DNA of 64,000 nucleotides from Eledone cirrhosa (GCA_964016885.1 OZ024761.1:12958001-13022000); one strand, 5' to 3'. Positions 26,796 to 40,539 are shown, numbered from the stretch's first letter. Numbers and translations: made by a program. The notes: generated by a model from the sequence alone, not told the origin.

Positions 26796-26877
26796 AATAA
26801 ACAAAGCCAAATTTTAAACATTTGACTTATTTATTTTATTTTATTTTATATGTATATATGTATATATATATATATAT

Positions 26878-27073
26878 AACAAAGGAATTGTGGTAAGGAA
26901 CCAGATGGACCATAACGCACCAGAGTACTCAATACTTAGCGTAGTAGAGTGGGAAATAGGAAAAAGTATGACCCCGACGGCAGAGCTCAAGCCGTTTCGA
27001 CGGCTATTTCTGGAGTCCAGAAATAGCCGTCGAAACGGCTTGAGCTCTGCCGTCGGGGTCATACTTTTTCCTA
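26878..27073 (-). mobile_element. (TA)n-flanked snap-back element, family A
   Basis: Homologous to 16366-16560 in reverse; hairpin centred on 'tttctggagtccagaaa'. Confidence 0.8.
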
Positions 27074-27541
27074 TATATATATATATAAGAGAGCGTTGAA
27101 GTTTGCTTGAAGCATTGTAGAATAATAAAATTAGTCATTTTGGAAGCCTCATCTGCGTTGTTGAGACTTCCAAAACGACCAATTTTATATATATATATTA
27201 TATTAGGCATCAATCAAAGTTGTAGCTGTCATATAGCAGGTACTAATCGAGGTGTTTGAGGCAATCGCAAAGCACTCAATAGAGAGATATGTTAATACAT
27301 TACCGTCTAGAGTAAACTCAATAGTTAAAAAATGTGACACTAAGAAAAACGACCGAAGATAGTGGCCATACTTGTACCACAACAACGATAGATACAGAAA
27401 GGTGGAAAACGAACCTGGACCATCTGATATTGATTAAAATTGATATAATCGATAAAAATATATATATGTATATGGCAGACTGAATGTCTCGGTGTTAAAC
27501 CCAATGAAACTTAAATATCTACCTAATGCGACTGTTGGAAC

Positions 27542-27604
<63 letters not shown>

Positions 27605-28198
27605 TATGTGTATATGCATTTTTTCTTCTAACTTTAATTTTATACTTAATTGTGTATGGTTGATGGTATATTTAATCGATTTCCACGTGCTATTGAAATG
27701 TTGGGTTAATATTCTATAACGGTTGGTCGCGAAGAGATGGCTGTCGTTTATTTATCTATTATTTCTTCATAGGTGCCTTTTAATCTTATAGCCTAGTCTA
27801 ATTGATTTTTTGTGTGGTTAATTATGCTAATTGGGAGAGGAAATGGTGTATATATCTTATCAAATGATTCTATGGACATACTTTATATATATATATATAT
27901 ATTTATATATATTTATTTATATATATATTTATTTATATATATATATATATTTATTTATATATATATATATTTATTTATATATATATATATTTATTTATAT
28001 ATATATATATTTATTTATATATATATATATATTTTATTTATATATATATATTTATTTATATATATATATTTATATATATATATATTTATTTATATATATA
28101 TATATTTATTTATATATATATTTATTTATATATATATTTATTTATTTATATATATATTTATTTATTTATATATATATATATTTATTTATATATATATA

Positions 28199-28233
<35 letters not shown>

Positions 28234-28376
28234 GTAGGGGTCTCTTGATAAGCGTTATGACCTCACAGCGATGGTGCACTTCGATAGTGCAGGATTGTTG
28301 CAAAGCAATTTGGCAAAACTGCAGTCGGGACTTTGAAGAAAAATTGGTATATTTGTGTTTATTATTTCTTCACATA

Positions 28377-28434
<58 letters not shown>

Positions 28435-29569
28435 GTATTGTATACATATGAAATATAAACTGTTAAGTGATATCTGTTATCTATATAACCACTGACTAGT
28501 GTGACCACTGACCAGTGTGACCACTGACCAGTGTGACCACTGGCCACTGTGGACTTCAATCCAGTTATGAAGGTCATCTGAAAATAATTATTTCTGCTGT
28601 TTTATGTGTTCTTCTTGTTCTTTCTTTCTGTCTCTCTGTCATTGTGACATTGTCCTGTCTTGTATGTATATGTGTGTGTGTGTACACTTGTGTATGTGTG
28701 TGAATAAATGTCTGTGTGTAAGTGTAGATGTGTGTGGGTTTATATGTGTACATGTGTAGAGATATACATATATATATAAGTGTATATAGATGTGTGTGTA
28801 TGTTTATATGTATGTACTTGTATAGAGATATATAGGTAGGTCTGTGTGTGTATGTATGTATGTGTGGTGAGAAGATATGTGTTTATGTATATATTTGTGT
28901 GTGTGTGTGTGAATTTTTAATTTCCTTTCATATCATATTGGACTGTATGTATAATCTGACTTGAATATTGGTTATATTTGCATTACATTTAAAGAAATAG
29001 ATATGCAATTGCTTTCAGTGTCATCATCATCATCATCGTCATCATCATTATTACTGTTGTTATTGTTGTTAGTATATATCCATTACTTCCATTCTCAGTC
29101 AAGTAGTTAGTACTGTTTGTTTTTCAACCTTCTGGGTGCTCTAGGGGCCTTATGTTGCCAATAGAGTAACCCCCCCTTAATACATAATGCACTGTCATGG
29201 GAAGCAATTCATAAAAAAATTCAGCATGCTAAAGGTTAAGAAAAAAAAAAATTTCTTAAATCTCACCCCTCATTTTACAATACAAGCCCTTTATTTCTAA
29301 AATGCATATATTCATTTAAAAACTTTCCATCAGAATTTTATGTAAGAACCATTGTTAAGTTTATATTCCAGTCATCAACTTAATAATGAGAAATTTTGTT
29401 AAATTCCTCCAAAATTCTTGATTATTTTCAAAATGATTTGAAAATTAAGTCAAGCTTTATCATTAGAAGTATAGTAATGAAAGGGTTAAATCATTTCACC
29501 CTTGAGCTGAAGTATTGCTATAATATTATATGGCAGAATACTTTAATGTGTATTTCAGATGCTGTAATT

Positions 29570-30150
29570 AGAAATTGATCTCTTCTGATGTCTTTGATCA
29601 AATCATCTTCTCTCTCCTTAACATTGATCCGTTCTGGTGTCTTAGATCTAATCATCTTTTTCCTCTTTAACATTGATCTGATGTCTCTGATCAAATCATC
29701 TTTTCTCTCTTTAATATTGATCTGTTCTCATGTCTTTGATCAAATCATCTTTTCTCTCTTTAATATTGATCTGTTCTCATGTCTTTGATCAAATCATCTT
29801 TTCTCTCCTTAACATTGATCTGTTCAGGTGTTTTTGATCAAATCATCTTTCTCACCGTAACAATGATCTGTTCAGTGTCTTTGATCAAATTATCTTTTCT
29901 CTCCTTAACATTGAAATACTAATGGAATTATTTTATATATCTTATAATTGAAGAATCTTTTGTTTAACACAGTTCTTCTAAGATGCTTTTTTTTAGTTGT
30001 TCTGGGAGCTAATAAATATTAAAGGCCCCGTTTATAGTTGTTTCTGGGAGTTAATAAATGGTATGACCCCTTTTATAATTGTTCTGAGAGCTAATAAATA
30101 ATAACAACTTTGTCTTTATAGTTATCCTGGGAGCTAGTAAATGGTAAAAA
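29570..30150. repeat. Two degenerate ~43-bp tandem arrays in the presumptive LRR-gene 3' UTR
   Basis: 'ttgatcaaatcatcttttctctc..aacattgatctg' repeats and 'tttatagttgttctgggagctaataaat' repeats. Confidence 0.75.
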
Positions 30151-30171
30151 AATCCTTCTTTAGTAATTTAT

Positions 30172-32031
30172 TTATTGCTTATTCTTAGATGCTCTTTGCC
30201 GTCTCAGACTTTTCCTTTTGTTTCTTCTGTTTTTCCGTCTTTCACGCCGTCTCTTCTTGCGCTCTACTATCAGGTTCTGTCTGGAATTGTCTACGACAGC
30301 AACTTTTGGGCTTCCTTTTATTTGTAACTGGTCTTGTGTCTCCAGTGAATAACTCCTTGGTTTATTGTGGCCGTAAAAACTATAACTCTGGACATATGCT
30401 GGGCTTCTGAGAAATTCAGACTCAGCTACGTCTTCTAATGGTTTACCTTTAAGATGACTTGGTTTACAACAGGCTGGTTTTTTGATTGAATAGAATGTAA
30501 TATCTGATGTTTCTACCCATCTTTTGAGCCAAAGGAGATCGGAATCACAGTACCAAGCGTTATTACTGAGTAAAAATGATGTCAATCTTGGGAATATATT
30601 TTGGATAGTTTCTGGCATATTCTTAAGGTCGTTGTATCGGAAATCAATCGTTTGAAGTGATTCTGTGAGTTCAACTTCACCATTTCTCAGCTGATCCAGG
30701 AGACTTTTGCAAAGACCAGCACTGTTCATTAAATTGAATTCCTGTAGTCTCGGCAATTCTTTGAAGATGTCCATCTGTATTGTTGCATGTTCTAATTCCC
30801 CGTAAGATATATCCAATAACTGAAGTGACTTCAATGACTCAAACGATCTCTTCTCTATAGTTGCTATTGGATTATTTGCCATTCTGAGGCTGAGCAAACT
30901 TGTCAGGTCTTTGAAGATTCCTGTTTTCAAAGTGTGTAACTGATTGCTTTGAAGATTCAAATGTTGTAATGATGTCAACTTACTGAATGCTTCGGGTTCT
31001 ATATCAGTGATCTTGTTTGTCTCCAGAGTTAACTCCCTTATATAAGGGTTCTTCACAAATGTATGAGCATGAATCCTGCTGATTAGATTTGAGTTAATGG
31101 CGAGTTTAACTAAGTTCAGTGGCAGTTTTGTTGGCATGGTAGTCAACTCATTGGAATCCAGCCAAATTTCTTTTACGTTGTTAAGGTTGTTGAATGCATT
31201 TTCATGAATAGAAGATATTTGGTTGTTGTTGAGTGTCAACAGTTGTAGTGCCGAAATATGTTTCAGATCACTTTTACCAATTTTTGTAATGTTGTTTTTA
31301 CCAAAACGAAGATCAGTAATCCTGGCAGGCAGTTCTTTCGGAATCCTCTCCAGTCGATTATTTGTGAAGTCAGCCACACGCAGAGATCTCAAGCTGGAAC
31401 TCAGGAAACTGAAAGAGCTGATTCTGTTGCTCTGTACAATCAAATAGCGTAGATTGTGTAGTGGTTCAAATGCTTTCGAATTGATTACAGTTATGAAATT
31501 TGCACTCAAATCCAGATATCTCAGCTGTGATAAATTCTCAAAGTCTTTCTCTGCGATTTCAGTGATCTGATTCGATGCCAGGTTAAGAAAAGTGAGTCTG
31601 GTATTCTTCTTGAAAATCTCTCTGACAGAGCTGAGTCTGTTATTAAAGAGAATCAGTCCTTGTAATTGTGTAAGACTGTGAAATGCATGTTTGTCAATGG
31701 TGGATATCTGGTTATTGGACAAGTCAAGTTTGTTAAGGTTCGTCAGTGGTTTAAACATCTCGGAATCAATGTGACTCAGTTGGTTTTGTGTCAGACACAA
31801 CTGATGGACATTGCCAATATCCGTAAATGAGGATTCCTCTAACCTTTTCAAATCACATCCAACTAAATTAAGTAGAGGAGAATGTCTTGGCAGCGCCTGA
31901 AGGACTCTGCTAGGGCATTCAATCTTGTCTCCTATACACTTGCAGCCCTCAGGACATTCAGCTCTCAGACCATTGACCAGAAGACACAGACCATAAACAA
32001 AGAAGGTCACCTGGCTGCCTATCTTATACAT
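30172..32031 (-). CDS. Secreted leucine-rich repeat protein (signal peptide, LRRNT, ~17-18 LRRs, LRRCT, basic tail)
   Basis: 619-aa ORF with hydrophobic N-terminus ending GLRA-E, LRRNT CPEGCKC..C, LxxLxLxxNxI repeats, LRRCT 'NNAWYCDSDLLWLKRW..ACCKP', no TM helix, K/R-rich C-terminus. Acceptor 'gtttttcctcag' just upstream (exon starts 32078). Confidence 0.95.
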   Translation of the reverse strand: MYKIGSQVTFFVYGLCLLVNGLRAECPEGCKCIGDKIECPSRVLQALPRHSPLLNLVGCDLKRLEESSFTDIGNVHQLCLTQNQLSHIDSEMFKPLTNLNKLDLSNNQISTIDKHAFHSLTQLQGLILFNNRLSSVREIFKKNTRLTFLNLASNQITEIAEKDFENLSQLRYLDLSANFITVINSKAFEPLHNLRYLIVQSNRISSFSFLSSSLRSLRVADFTNNRLERIPKELPARITDLRFGKNNITKIGKSDLKHISALQLLTLNNNQISSIHENAFNNLNNVKEIWLDSNELTTMPTKLPLNLVKLAINSNLISRIHAHTFVKNPYIRELTLETNKITDIEPEAFSKLTSLQHLNLQSNQLHTLKTGIFKDLTSLLSLRMANNPIATIEKRSFESLKSLQLLDISYGELEHATIQMDIFKELPRLQEFNLMNSAGLCKSLLDQLRNGEVELTESLQTIDFRYNDLKNMPETIQNIFPRLTSFLLSNNAWYCDSDLLWLKRWVETSDITFYSIKKPACCKPSHLKGKPLEDVAESEFLRSPAYVQSYSFYGHNKPRSYSLETQDQLQIKGSPKVAVVDNSRQNLIVERKKRRRERRKNRRNKRKSLRRQRASKNKQ

Positions 32032-32114
32032 ATTTGTTGTAGTATTTAGTCCGGCAACACTGGAAGGTGATGTTAGATCTGAGGAAAAACAAGAAATAAA
32101 ATTAAAAAAATATA

Positions 32115-32590
32115 TTCACCATCATCATCATCATTATCAATACCATTATCACTATCACCACCACCACCACCATCATCATTATCAATACCATTATCACTAT
32201 CACCACCACCACCACCATCATCATTATCAATACCATTATCACTATCACCACCACCACCATCATCATTATCAATACCATTATCACAGTCACCACCATCATC
32301 ATTATCAATATCAGTATCACTATCAACACCACCATCATCACTATCAACAACACCACCACCACCATCATCATTATCAATACCATTATCACTATCACCACCA
32401 CCACCATCATCATTATCAATACCATTATCACTATCACCACCACCACCATCATCATTATCAATACCATTATCACTATCACAGTCACCACCATCATCATTAT
32501 CAATATCAGTATCACTATCAACACCACCACCACCACCATCATCACTATCAACACCACCACCACCATCATCATTATCAATACCATTATCAG
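32115..32590. repeat. (ATC/ACC)-rich low-complexity array in the LRR-gene intron
   Basis: Repeats of 'ccaccaccatcatcattatcaataccattatcactatca'. Confidence 0.9.
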
Positions 32591-33511
32591 TCACCGCCAA
32601 CCCTCTCATCCACCAGTGTACCAGACTGTGGGGGTGGGGTCTATATACTGCTCCAGTCTATTTTCAGCTTGTTTAAAATATAAGATAATGACTAAAATTG
32701 TTTTTTTTTTCCCAACTATATAATTAAACATAACAGGACTGTTATACTCTACATGTAATACTCTACATGTAATACTCTACATGTACTACTCTATATACCA
32801 TACTCTACATGTAATACTCTATATACCATAATCTACATGTAATACTCTACATGTACTACTCTATATACCATACTCTACATGTACTACTCTATATACCATA
32901 CTCTACATGTACTACTCTATATACCATACTCTACATGTACTACTCTATATACCATCCTCTACATGTAATACTCTACATATAATACCCGACAATTTACACC
33001 TGTGAAGACTTGATTTGACTTCTTTTATGATGAGTGTAGAACTATATTAAACTTGAAACTTTATAGGTATGTCTTCACTTCAACTTTACATACAGAATTA
33101 CATATATACATATATACATATATACATATATACATACACATGTGTGTGTGGATGGGTGGGTGGGTGTGTATATATATATATATATATACACATGTGTGTG
33201 TGTGTGTGGGGGTGTATATATATATAAATATAGTTGTGTTATATTTCTGGTTAGACTTGTTTCAAGGTAAACAAACAAAGAATTCTGTGTATGTGAAAGA
33301 GGGGGTGGGTGGGTGTTAGGCAGAGTTAAAGAGAGAGGGGGGTGGGGGCAGAGTTAGAGAGAGAGAGGGGGACGCAGAGTTCGAGACAGGGGGGTGGGGG
33401 GAGAAAGAGGAAGCAGAGAGAGGGAGAATGGTGGCTAATTGACCTGTTAGAAATAGCTGCCAAGTTATTGTCAAATGACAGTACACCTTCTTAGGAAATA
33501 ACATGTTAGGG

Positions 33512-33885
33512 GTTAACCCTTTAACATTTACATTACTCTATATTTGTTATTGTATTTTCATGGTAAAGGCTTTACCTCACATAATACCTCACATAACATT
33601 TACATTACTCTATATATACTATTGTATTTTCATGGTAAAGGCGTTACCTCACATAATACCTCACATAACATTTACATTACTCTATATATACTATTGTATT
33701 TTCATGGCAAAGGCTTTACCTCACATAATTATCTCACATAATATCAAATCTACGAGATTTTAATATTATTTATTTTGAGAACAGTACCTTAATGTCAGTA
33801 TGAGAGGCCAGTTATGGCTGGTTTGAACAGAAAGATGTGAGAGAATTCTGGCCAGATACGGCCGGTTTAAATGCTAAAGGTTTAA
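33512..33885. mobile_element. piggyBac-like MITE with an internal 72-bp unit x3
   Basis: Starts 'ttaaccctttaacattta', ends 'aaatgctaaaggtttaa'. Confidence 0.8.
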
Positions 33886-34434
33886 AGTGTTTGGATTTAA
33901 ATTCAAACACCACTTCCTACATATCACTGTCCTCACAGCTTGGCCAAGGATATAAGTACCCTAGCATCAAAATACAATAGTGCTGGTTCTACAATAAAAT
34001 GCACTCAGCCCACTCTGTAAAGTGTAAGTACTGGTGTCGTGATAAAATGCCCCCAGTTTGCACTATATAATGGTAGTGGTGGTTTTACAATAAAATGCAC
34101 CCAGCTTACTCTGTAAATGATTATGTTGGTACTTAACATAAGTATGAGCCACTAGTTACAGCAGGCTTGAACAGAAAGAGGTGAGAGAATTCTGGCTGGA
34201 TATGGCTGGTTTAAATGCTAAAGGGTTAACTCCATTTTCATTTTTGCTAAATTCTGGTTTTTTTTTTCACTTTATTGTATTTTATGGATAAATTATAATA
34301 AATTGTACGATAAATATTATTAAAATAGGAGAAATGTAAGGAAATATGCTTTGAAAATTGACAATAAATATTAACAAGGGAAATGTCAACCGAAGGGTCT
34401 TTAGAGTAACATAACTTGATATTGTGTGTACCTT

Positions 34435-34770
34435 GGAGATGAGAGAGTAACTCCAGGTAGAGCTGCTATTTCTCTGAATTGAGAGATGACAGCTCCGATA
34501 CTATGGACATGTGGTTAGAATGTCACAGGAAAGAATCACTGGACAGGCTTTACGGACAAAACCAACTGGTAGGAGATCCAGTGGTGGACCCCGAGCAAGA
34601 TGGTTGGATAACATCCATGAGCTTGGCTGGTCTCGCTTGGGGATCCAGCTGGATCAGTTGGAGATGACAGAAGTTGGAGTTCTGACAGGACCCGTTGGAG
34701 AGAGTGTTTGAGGACTCTGACCCCATACCCCCCCCCCCCCCCCCGGAATAAGTGGGTGAAGAAAAAGAAG
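34435..34770 (+). mobile_element. RTE-clade LINE 3' fragment
   Basis: Frameshifted 'IERRQLRYYGHVVRMSQERI...GRRSSGGPRARWLDNI'; related piece at 52040-52170. Confidence 0.75.
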
Positions 34771-35174
34771 GGGAGGGGAAATGTAAGAAATATACTCTGA
34801 AAATTGACAATAAATATATAAATATTATTAAAACAGGGAAGACATGAAATATATTTGAGAGTGAATAATAATATCATAATATTATTATAATATTATTAAT
34901 ATTTGGTTTGTTTGCAAACAAACAGCCTCGTAGACACCGTGTTTAGTTATCTGCATTGTGGTGGTTGTATTTTTGAATTTCCCAATTCTTTATATAGTGT
35001 CTGTGTGTTTATATGTGTGTATATATATATACATATAGTGTGTGTGTGTTTATATATTTATTAAAATAACAGATTAAAGTTTATCGAGCCCTCTTTGGAT
35101 TTAGTCTTAAAATTTATTATTATTACTATATATATATATATATAGTGTATATGTGTCTTTATATATATACACAC

Positions 35175-35325
35175 TGGAAGAGGAAGACCAAGGTTAACAT
35201 ATGTTGATGCCCTAAGGACAGACACTGGTCTGTTGGAGACGCAGGACATGGCAGCGATAATGAGGGACAGAGACCGCTGGAGAGAACTCGTCCATTGATC
35301 TCGGGAATTTTACCCGCCCTAGATA
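35175..35325 (+). mobile_element. RTE-like LINE extreme 3' end; near-identical copy at 54355-54480
   Basis: '[19 protein letters not shown]...[11 protein letters not shown]'; both copies sit in (TA)n tracts. Confidence 0.75.
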
Positions 35326-36314
35326 GATATATATATACTGTGTATGTGTGTGTTTATATATGTATATATATATAGTGTGTATGTGTGTTTATATATGTAT
35401 ATAGTGTGTATGTGTGTTTATATATGTATATAGTGTGGTGTGTGTTTATATATATAGTGTGGTGTGTGTTTATATGTATATATATATAGTGTGGTGTGTG
35501 TTTATATATATATATATAGTGTGGTGTGTGTTTATATGTATATATATATAGTGTGGTGTGTGTTTATATGTATATATATATATATAGTGTGGTGTGTGTT
35601 TATATGTATATATATATAGTGTGGTGTGTGTTTATATGTATATATAGTGTGGTGTGTGTTTATATGTATATATATATAGTGTGGTGTGTGTTTATATGTA
35701 TATATATATAGTGTGGTGTGTGTTTATATATATATAGTGTGGTGTGTGTTTATATGTATATATATATATAGTGTGGTGTGTTTATATATATATAGTGTGG
35801 TGTGTGTTTATATGTATATATATATATAGTGTGGTGTGTTTATATATATATAGTGTGGTGTGTGTTTATATATATATAGTGTGGTGTGTGTTTATATATA
35901 TATAGTGTGGTGTGTGTTTATATATAAATATATATATAGTGAGGTGTGTGTTTATATATATGTATATATATATATATATAGTGTGTGTGTGTTTATATGT
36001 ATATATAGTGTGTGTATGTGATGAGAGAATTTGGTGATAGATAGATGATATTAATCATTTAGAGACTAGTAACAACAACAACAACATTAGATAATGTTTT
36101 ATCATTGGTAAAGTGGACCATGACTGACCTGGGGTTAAACAACAACTACAACAACTACAACACCAATAACAACAACACATTAGATAATGTAGTCCTATAT
36201 ACACTGATCATTGGTAAAGTGGATCAGGACTGACCGGGGGGGGGGGGGGGGGGGGGTTAAACAACAACAACAACAACAACTACAACATACATGGTTGCAA
36301 TAAACACCACCTAC

Positions 36315-36515
36315 CTGTCTTGTGAATCTGCTAAAGTACCCTGATATCATTTGAAATCAATAATCAATAATCAATAATCAATAGGAAAATATAGCCAATC
36401 TGTTGATGGTATGGAATTAGTTTGATGTCTCGGTGTAAACTGTTGTAGTCGCTTGTTGTAACCTGTTGAGTGACCACACTGACTGAGCCACTGCTGCCAA
36501 CTGGACAACTACAAT
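36315..36515 (-). other. Predicted non-coding first exon of the LRR gene
   Basis: Unique sequence ending in donor 'ACAG|gtaggt' (36315/36314), which would join the acceptor at 32078. Confidence 0.55.
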
Positions 36516-36548
36516 GATAACTCAAACAGCCTGGGGATCCTTTATATA
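36512..36548 (-). promoter_or_regulatory. TATA box plus Inr-like element for the LRR gene
   Basis: TATAAA (36546-36541) with TCATT whose A (36515) lies 31 nt downstream of the first T, the canonical spacing. Confidence 0.5.
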
Positions 36549-36588
36549 TATATGTATATATGTATATATATGTATATATGTATATATA

Positions 36589-36642
<54 letters not shown>

Positions 36643-36771
36643 GCTACAACACTAGTCAGAGCTTGCCCCCTTCCTCTCTTTCTCTTTCTCCCTCCCTCTC
36701 CCTCTTGTCTTCACTCAGCCCTGCCTACTACTACTACTACCACCACCACCACTACTACTACTACTACCACC

Positions 36772-36802
<31 letters not shown>

Positions 36803-37238
36803 GCCTGGTGATGGCTGGAGAGAAGGTAGATTGCGCACACATATATATATATATATATACACACATATATACTTGAACCCCCCCCCCCACACACACACAT
36901 ATATACTTGCACACACACACACACACACATATATACTTGCACACACACAGAGACACACACACACATATATACACACACATATATACTTGCACCCCCACAT
37001 ACACACACACATATATATACTTGCATCCACACACATGTACATATATATACACATATATACTTGCACCCCCCCCCCACACACACATATATATATACACACA
37101 TATATACTTGCATCCACACAAACATATACACATATATCATCATCATATATATATATATATGCACACACAAACATATACATATATCATCATCATATATATA
37201 CACACACACACGCAAACATATACACACATATCATCATC

Positions 37239-37278
<40 letters not shown>

Positions 37279-38024
37279 TAAACATATACACACATCATCA
37301 GTATATATATCTATATATATACACACACACAAACATATACACGCATATCATCATTATATATATATATATACGCACACACACGCAAACATACACACTCATA
37401 TCATCATCATATATATATATATATACACACACACAAACATATACACATATCATCATCATATATATATACGCACACACACGCAAACATACACACACATATC
37501 ATCATCATATATATATATATATACACACACACAAACATATACACATATCATCATCATATATATATATATATACACACACACAAACATATACACATATCAT
37601 CATCATATATATATACGCACACACACGCAAACATACACACACATATCATCATCATATATATATATATATACACACACACAAACATATACACATATCATCA
37701 TCATATATATATATATATACGCACACACATGCAAACATATATACACATATCATCATCATGTATATACACACACAAACATATACACACATATATATATGTG
37801 GTGGTATGTAGAGTAGCTTCCCTCTTATCCCCCCCACCCCCTCACTCTTTTTTTATCCTTGGAACCTTACCTTATGGTTTCTATCATCACTACACCCTCC
37901 CCCACCCCATCCATCCCCACCCCACTCGAGCATCACTCCATCCTCCTCTCTCTCTCTCTCTCTCTCTGCTACCCCCTTCCACCTCTCACTACACCGACAT
38001 CCTTTCATTACACCCACACTTTCG

Positions 38025-38426
38025 CCCGCTCTCTCTCTCTGTCTCTCTCCCCATCTCTCTCTCTCTCTCTGTCTCTCTCCCCATCTCTCTCTCTCTCTCT
38101 CTGTCTCTCTCCCATCTCTCTCTCTCTCCATCTCTCTCTCTCCATCTCTCTCTCCCCATTTCTCTCTCTCTCTCTCAATCTCTCTCCCCATCTCTCTCTC
38201 AGTCTCTCTCTCAGTCTCTCTCTCAGTCTCTCTCTGTCTCTCTCTCAGTCTCTCTCCCCATCTCTCTCTCAGTCTCTCTCTCAGTCTCTCTCTCAGTCTC
38301 TCTCCCCATCTCTCCCCAACTCTCTCTCTCTCTGTCTCTCTCCCCATCTCTCTCTCTCTCTCTCTCTCCCCATCTCTCTCGCTCTCTCTCTCTCTCCCCA
38401 TCTCTCTCGCTCTCTCTCTCTCCCCA

Positions 38427-38494
<68 letters not shown>

Positions 38495-38770
38495 CATCTC
38501 TCTCTCTCCATCTCTCTCCCCATCTCTCCCCATCTCTCCCCAACTCTCTCTCTCTCTGTCTCTCTCCCCATCTCTCTCTCTCTGTCTCTCTCCCCATCTC
38601 TCTCTCTCTCTCTCTCTCTCCCCATCTCTCTCTCTCCATCTCTCTCCCCATCTCTCCCCATCTCTCCCCAACTCTCTCTCTCTCTGTCTCTCTCCCCATC
38701 TCTCTCTCCCCATCTCTCTCCATCTCTCTCTCTCTCTCTCTCCCCCTCTCCCCATCTCTCTCTCTCTCTC
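38025..38770. repeat. Long (CT)n polypyrimidine tract
   Basis: Interrupted (CT)n; source of the SL/ER-repeat ORFs. Confidence 0.95.
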
Positions 38771-39099
38771 CACACACAGCACCTTTTTAGCAACCACTTC
38801 ATCAGCTTGTCATCATCATCATCATCCACATCATCATACTTGTATGTATAAACATTAATTTAAGTATGTACGTATGTAGGTAGATGTGTGTGCATATGTG
38901 TATACATCTATGTATGTATATACATGTGTATTTGTATGCATGTCTATATATATATATATATATATATATAAGGATGTAGGTATATACATGTAAGTATATA
39001 TACACACATACGTACATATATGCATGCCTATATAAATATATTATATATATATATATATACACATATATATTTATTTATATATGCATACATATATGTACG

Positions 39100-39145
<46 letters not shown>

Positions 39146-39669
39146 TATATATATATATATATAAAAATATATATATATAAAAATATATATATATAAAAAT
39201 ATATATAAAAATATATATATATATATATATATAAAAATATATATATATATATAAAAATATATATAAAAATATATATATATATATATAAAAATATATATAA
39301 AAATATATATATATATATAAAAATATATATATATATATACATACATATATATTTATTTATATATGCATGTATATATGTACGTATGTATAAATATATATAT
39401 ATATATATTCGTATCTGGGTATGTAGGGTCAGCAGTTTGTATGTTAAGTAATCACAAATGTATGTATATATATCAATGTGTGTATATATATACACACACA
39501 TATATAGGTATCTAGAGTCAGATATTCTTATGTTAAGTAATCACAAATACAGGTTAAATAATTCATTGAGTCTTTTTAAATGTGTACAAATAAGTATGTC
39601 ACATGGCCTTGACACACACACTATATATATATATATGAATGGATCATCATCATCATCATCATCATCATC

Positions 39670-40030
39670 ATTTCATTTTACGTCCGCTTTTTCCCTGCTT
39701 GCAAGGGTGGGACGGGAACTGATTCTGGCTTGATTTCTACAGCTGGATGCCCTTCCTAACACCAACCTCATTTACAGTGAGTGCTGGGTGCTTTTTTGCC
39801 GTGGCACCTCCACGACCACTTTGCAGTGGAATGATATGGACCCCAGTCCCTATCATCTCATTTCTACAGCTGGATGCCCTTCCTAACGCCACCCTCATTT
39901 ACAGTGAGTGCTGGGTGCTTTTTTGCTGTGGCACCTCCACGACCACTTTGCAATGGAATGATATGGACCCCAGTCCCTATCATGTCATTTCTACAGCTGG
40001 ATGCCCTTCCTAACGCCAACCTCATTTACA
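39670..40030 (-). mobile_element. CORE-SINE 3' part with internally duplicated domain
   Basis: 'ttttacgtccgctttt..cttgcaagggtggg' tail; ~128-bp internal repeat. Confidence 0.8.
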
Positions 40031-40292
40031 GTCAACCGTCACCAACTCCAAATGTCCGTTCATGGCCCCTTAAGTGGCTTTTATGTCCAGCTTTAGATTT
40101 GCACACTCTGCAGCAAGTTTGACAGACAAAAGATAGATGTGCCCTATATTAGGTTTATTGGGTGAGTTTGTGGAATGTCATCCTTATTGACCCTCATATG
40201 CCTTTCGAGACCAGGGATTGATTTGCAGATCTTTGTGCACACCACACCTAGTATTAGAGGGATAGGGCTGTATTCAGTTGTCCTCTCTCTCT

Positions 40293-40336
<44 letters not shown>

Positions 40337-40539
40337 ACACGTATATCTAAGCATACCCACAAAAAGCCACTAATATAAACAAACCAACAATCTGTTGTTG
40401 TCCAAATTTTTTCCTGTTCTCACAGAAAGAAGTTGTAATGTTATACAGCCACAGATTTGGCCTTGAAATTACTTCTCTGTTGATATGAAACAAAACAGAT
40501 GCTACAGCTATCTTTAACCTGTATATATCTCTCTCTCTA

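Larger units (their letters stand above)
26240..26848 (+). mobile_element. Penelope-pLTR/retrozyme-like insert: two tandem ~200-bp hammerhead units plus an inverted copy of the 3' end
   Basis: Direct repeats 26433-26630 and 26635-26835. 26240-26388 is the reverse complement of ~26698-26846. TA-flanked; AATAAA after the last ribozyme. Confidence 0.85.

Noticed and set aside
32073-32609. 178-aa Asp/Gly-rich ORF upstream of the LRR gene
   Set aside because: Low-complexity trinucleotide array ending at the intron acceptor; intronic.
36514-39501. Many long YI/HT/SL/ER-repeat ORFs (also 27.8-28.4, 43, 45, 51, 53-54, 60-61 kb)
   Set aside because: Translations of (TA)n, (CA)n and (CT)n microsatellites.
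40405-40440. Strong acceptor 'ttttttcctgttctcacag' with possible 9-nt microexon
   Set aside because: Downstream frames stop quickly and the donor is weak; unsupported.
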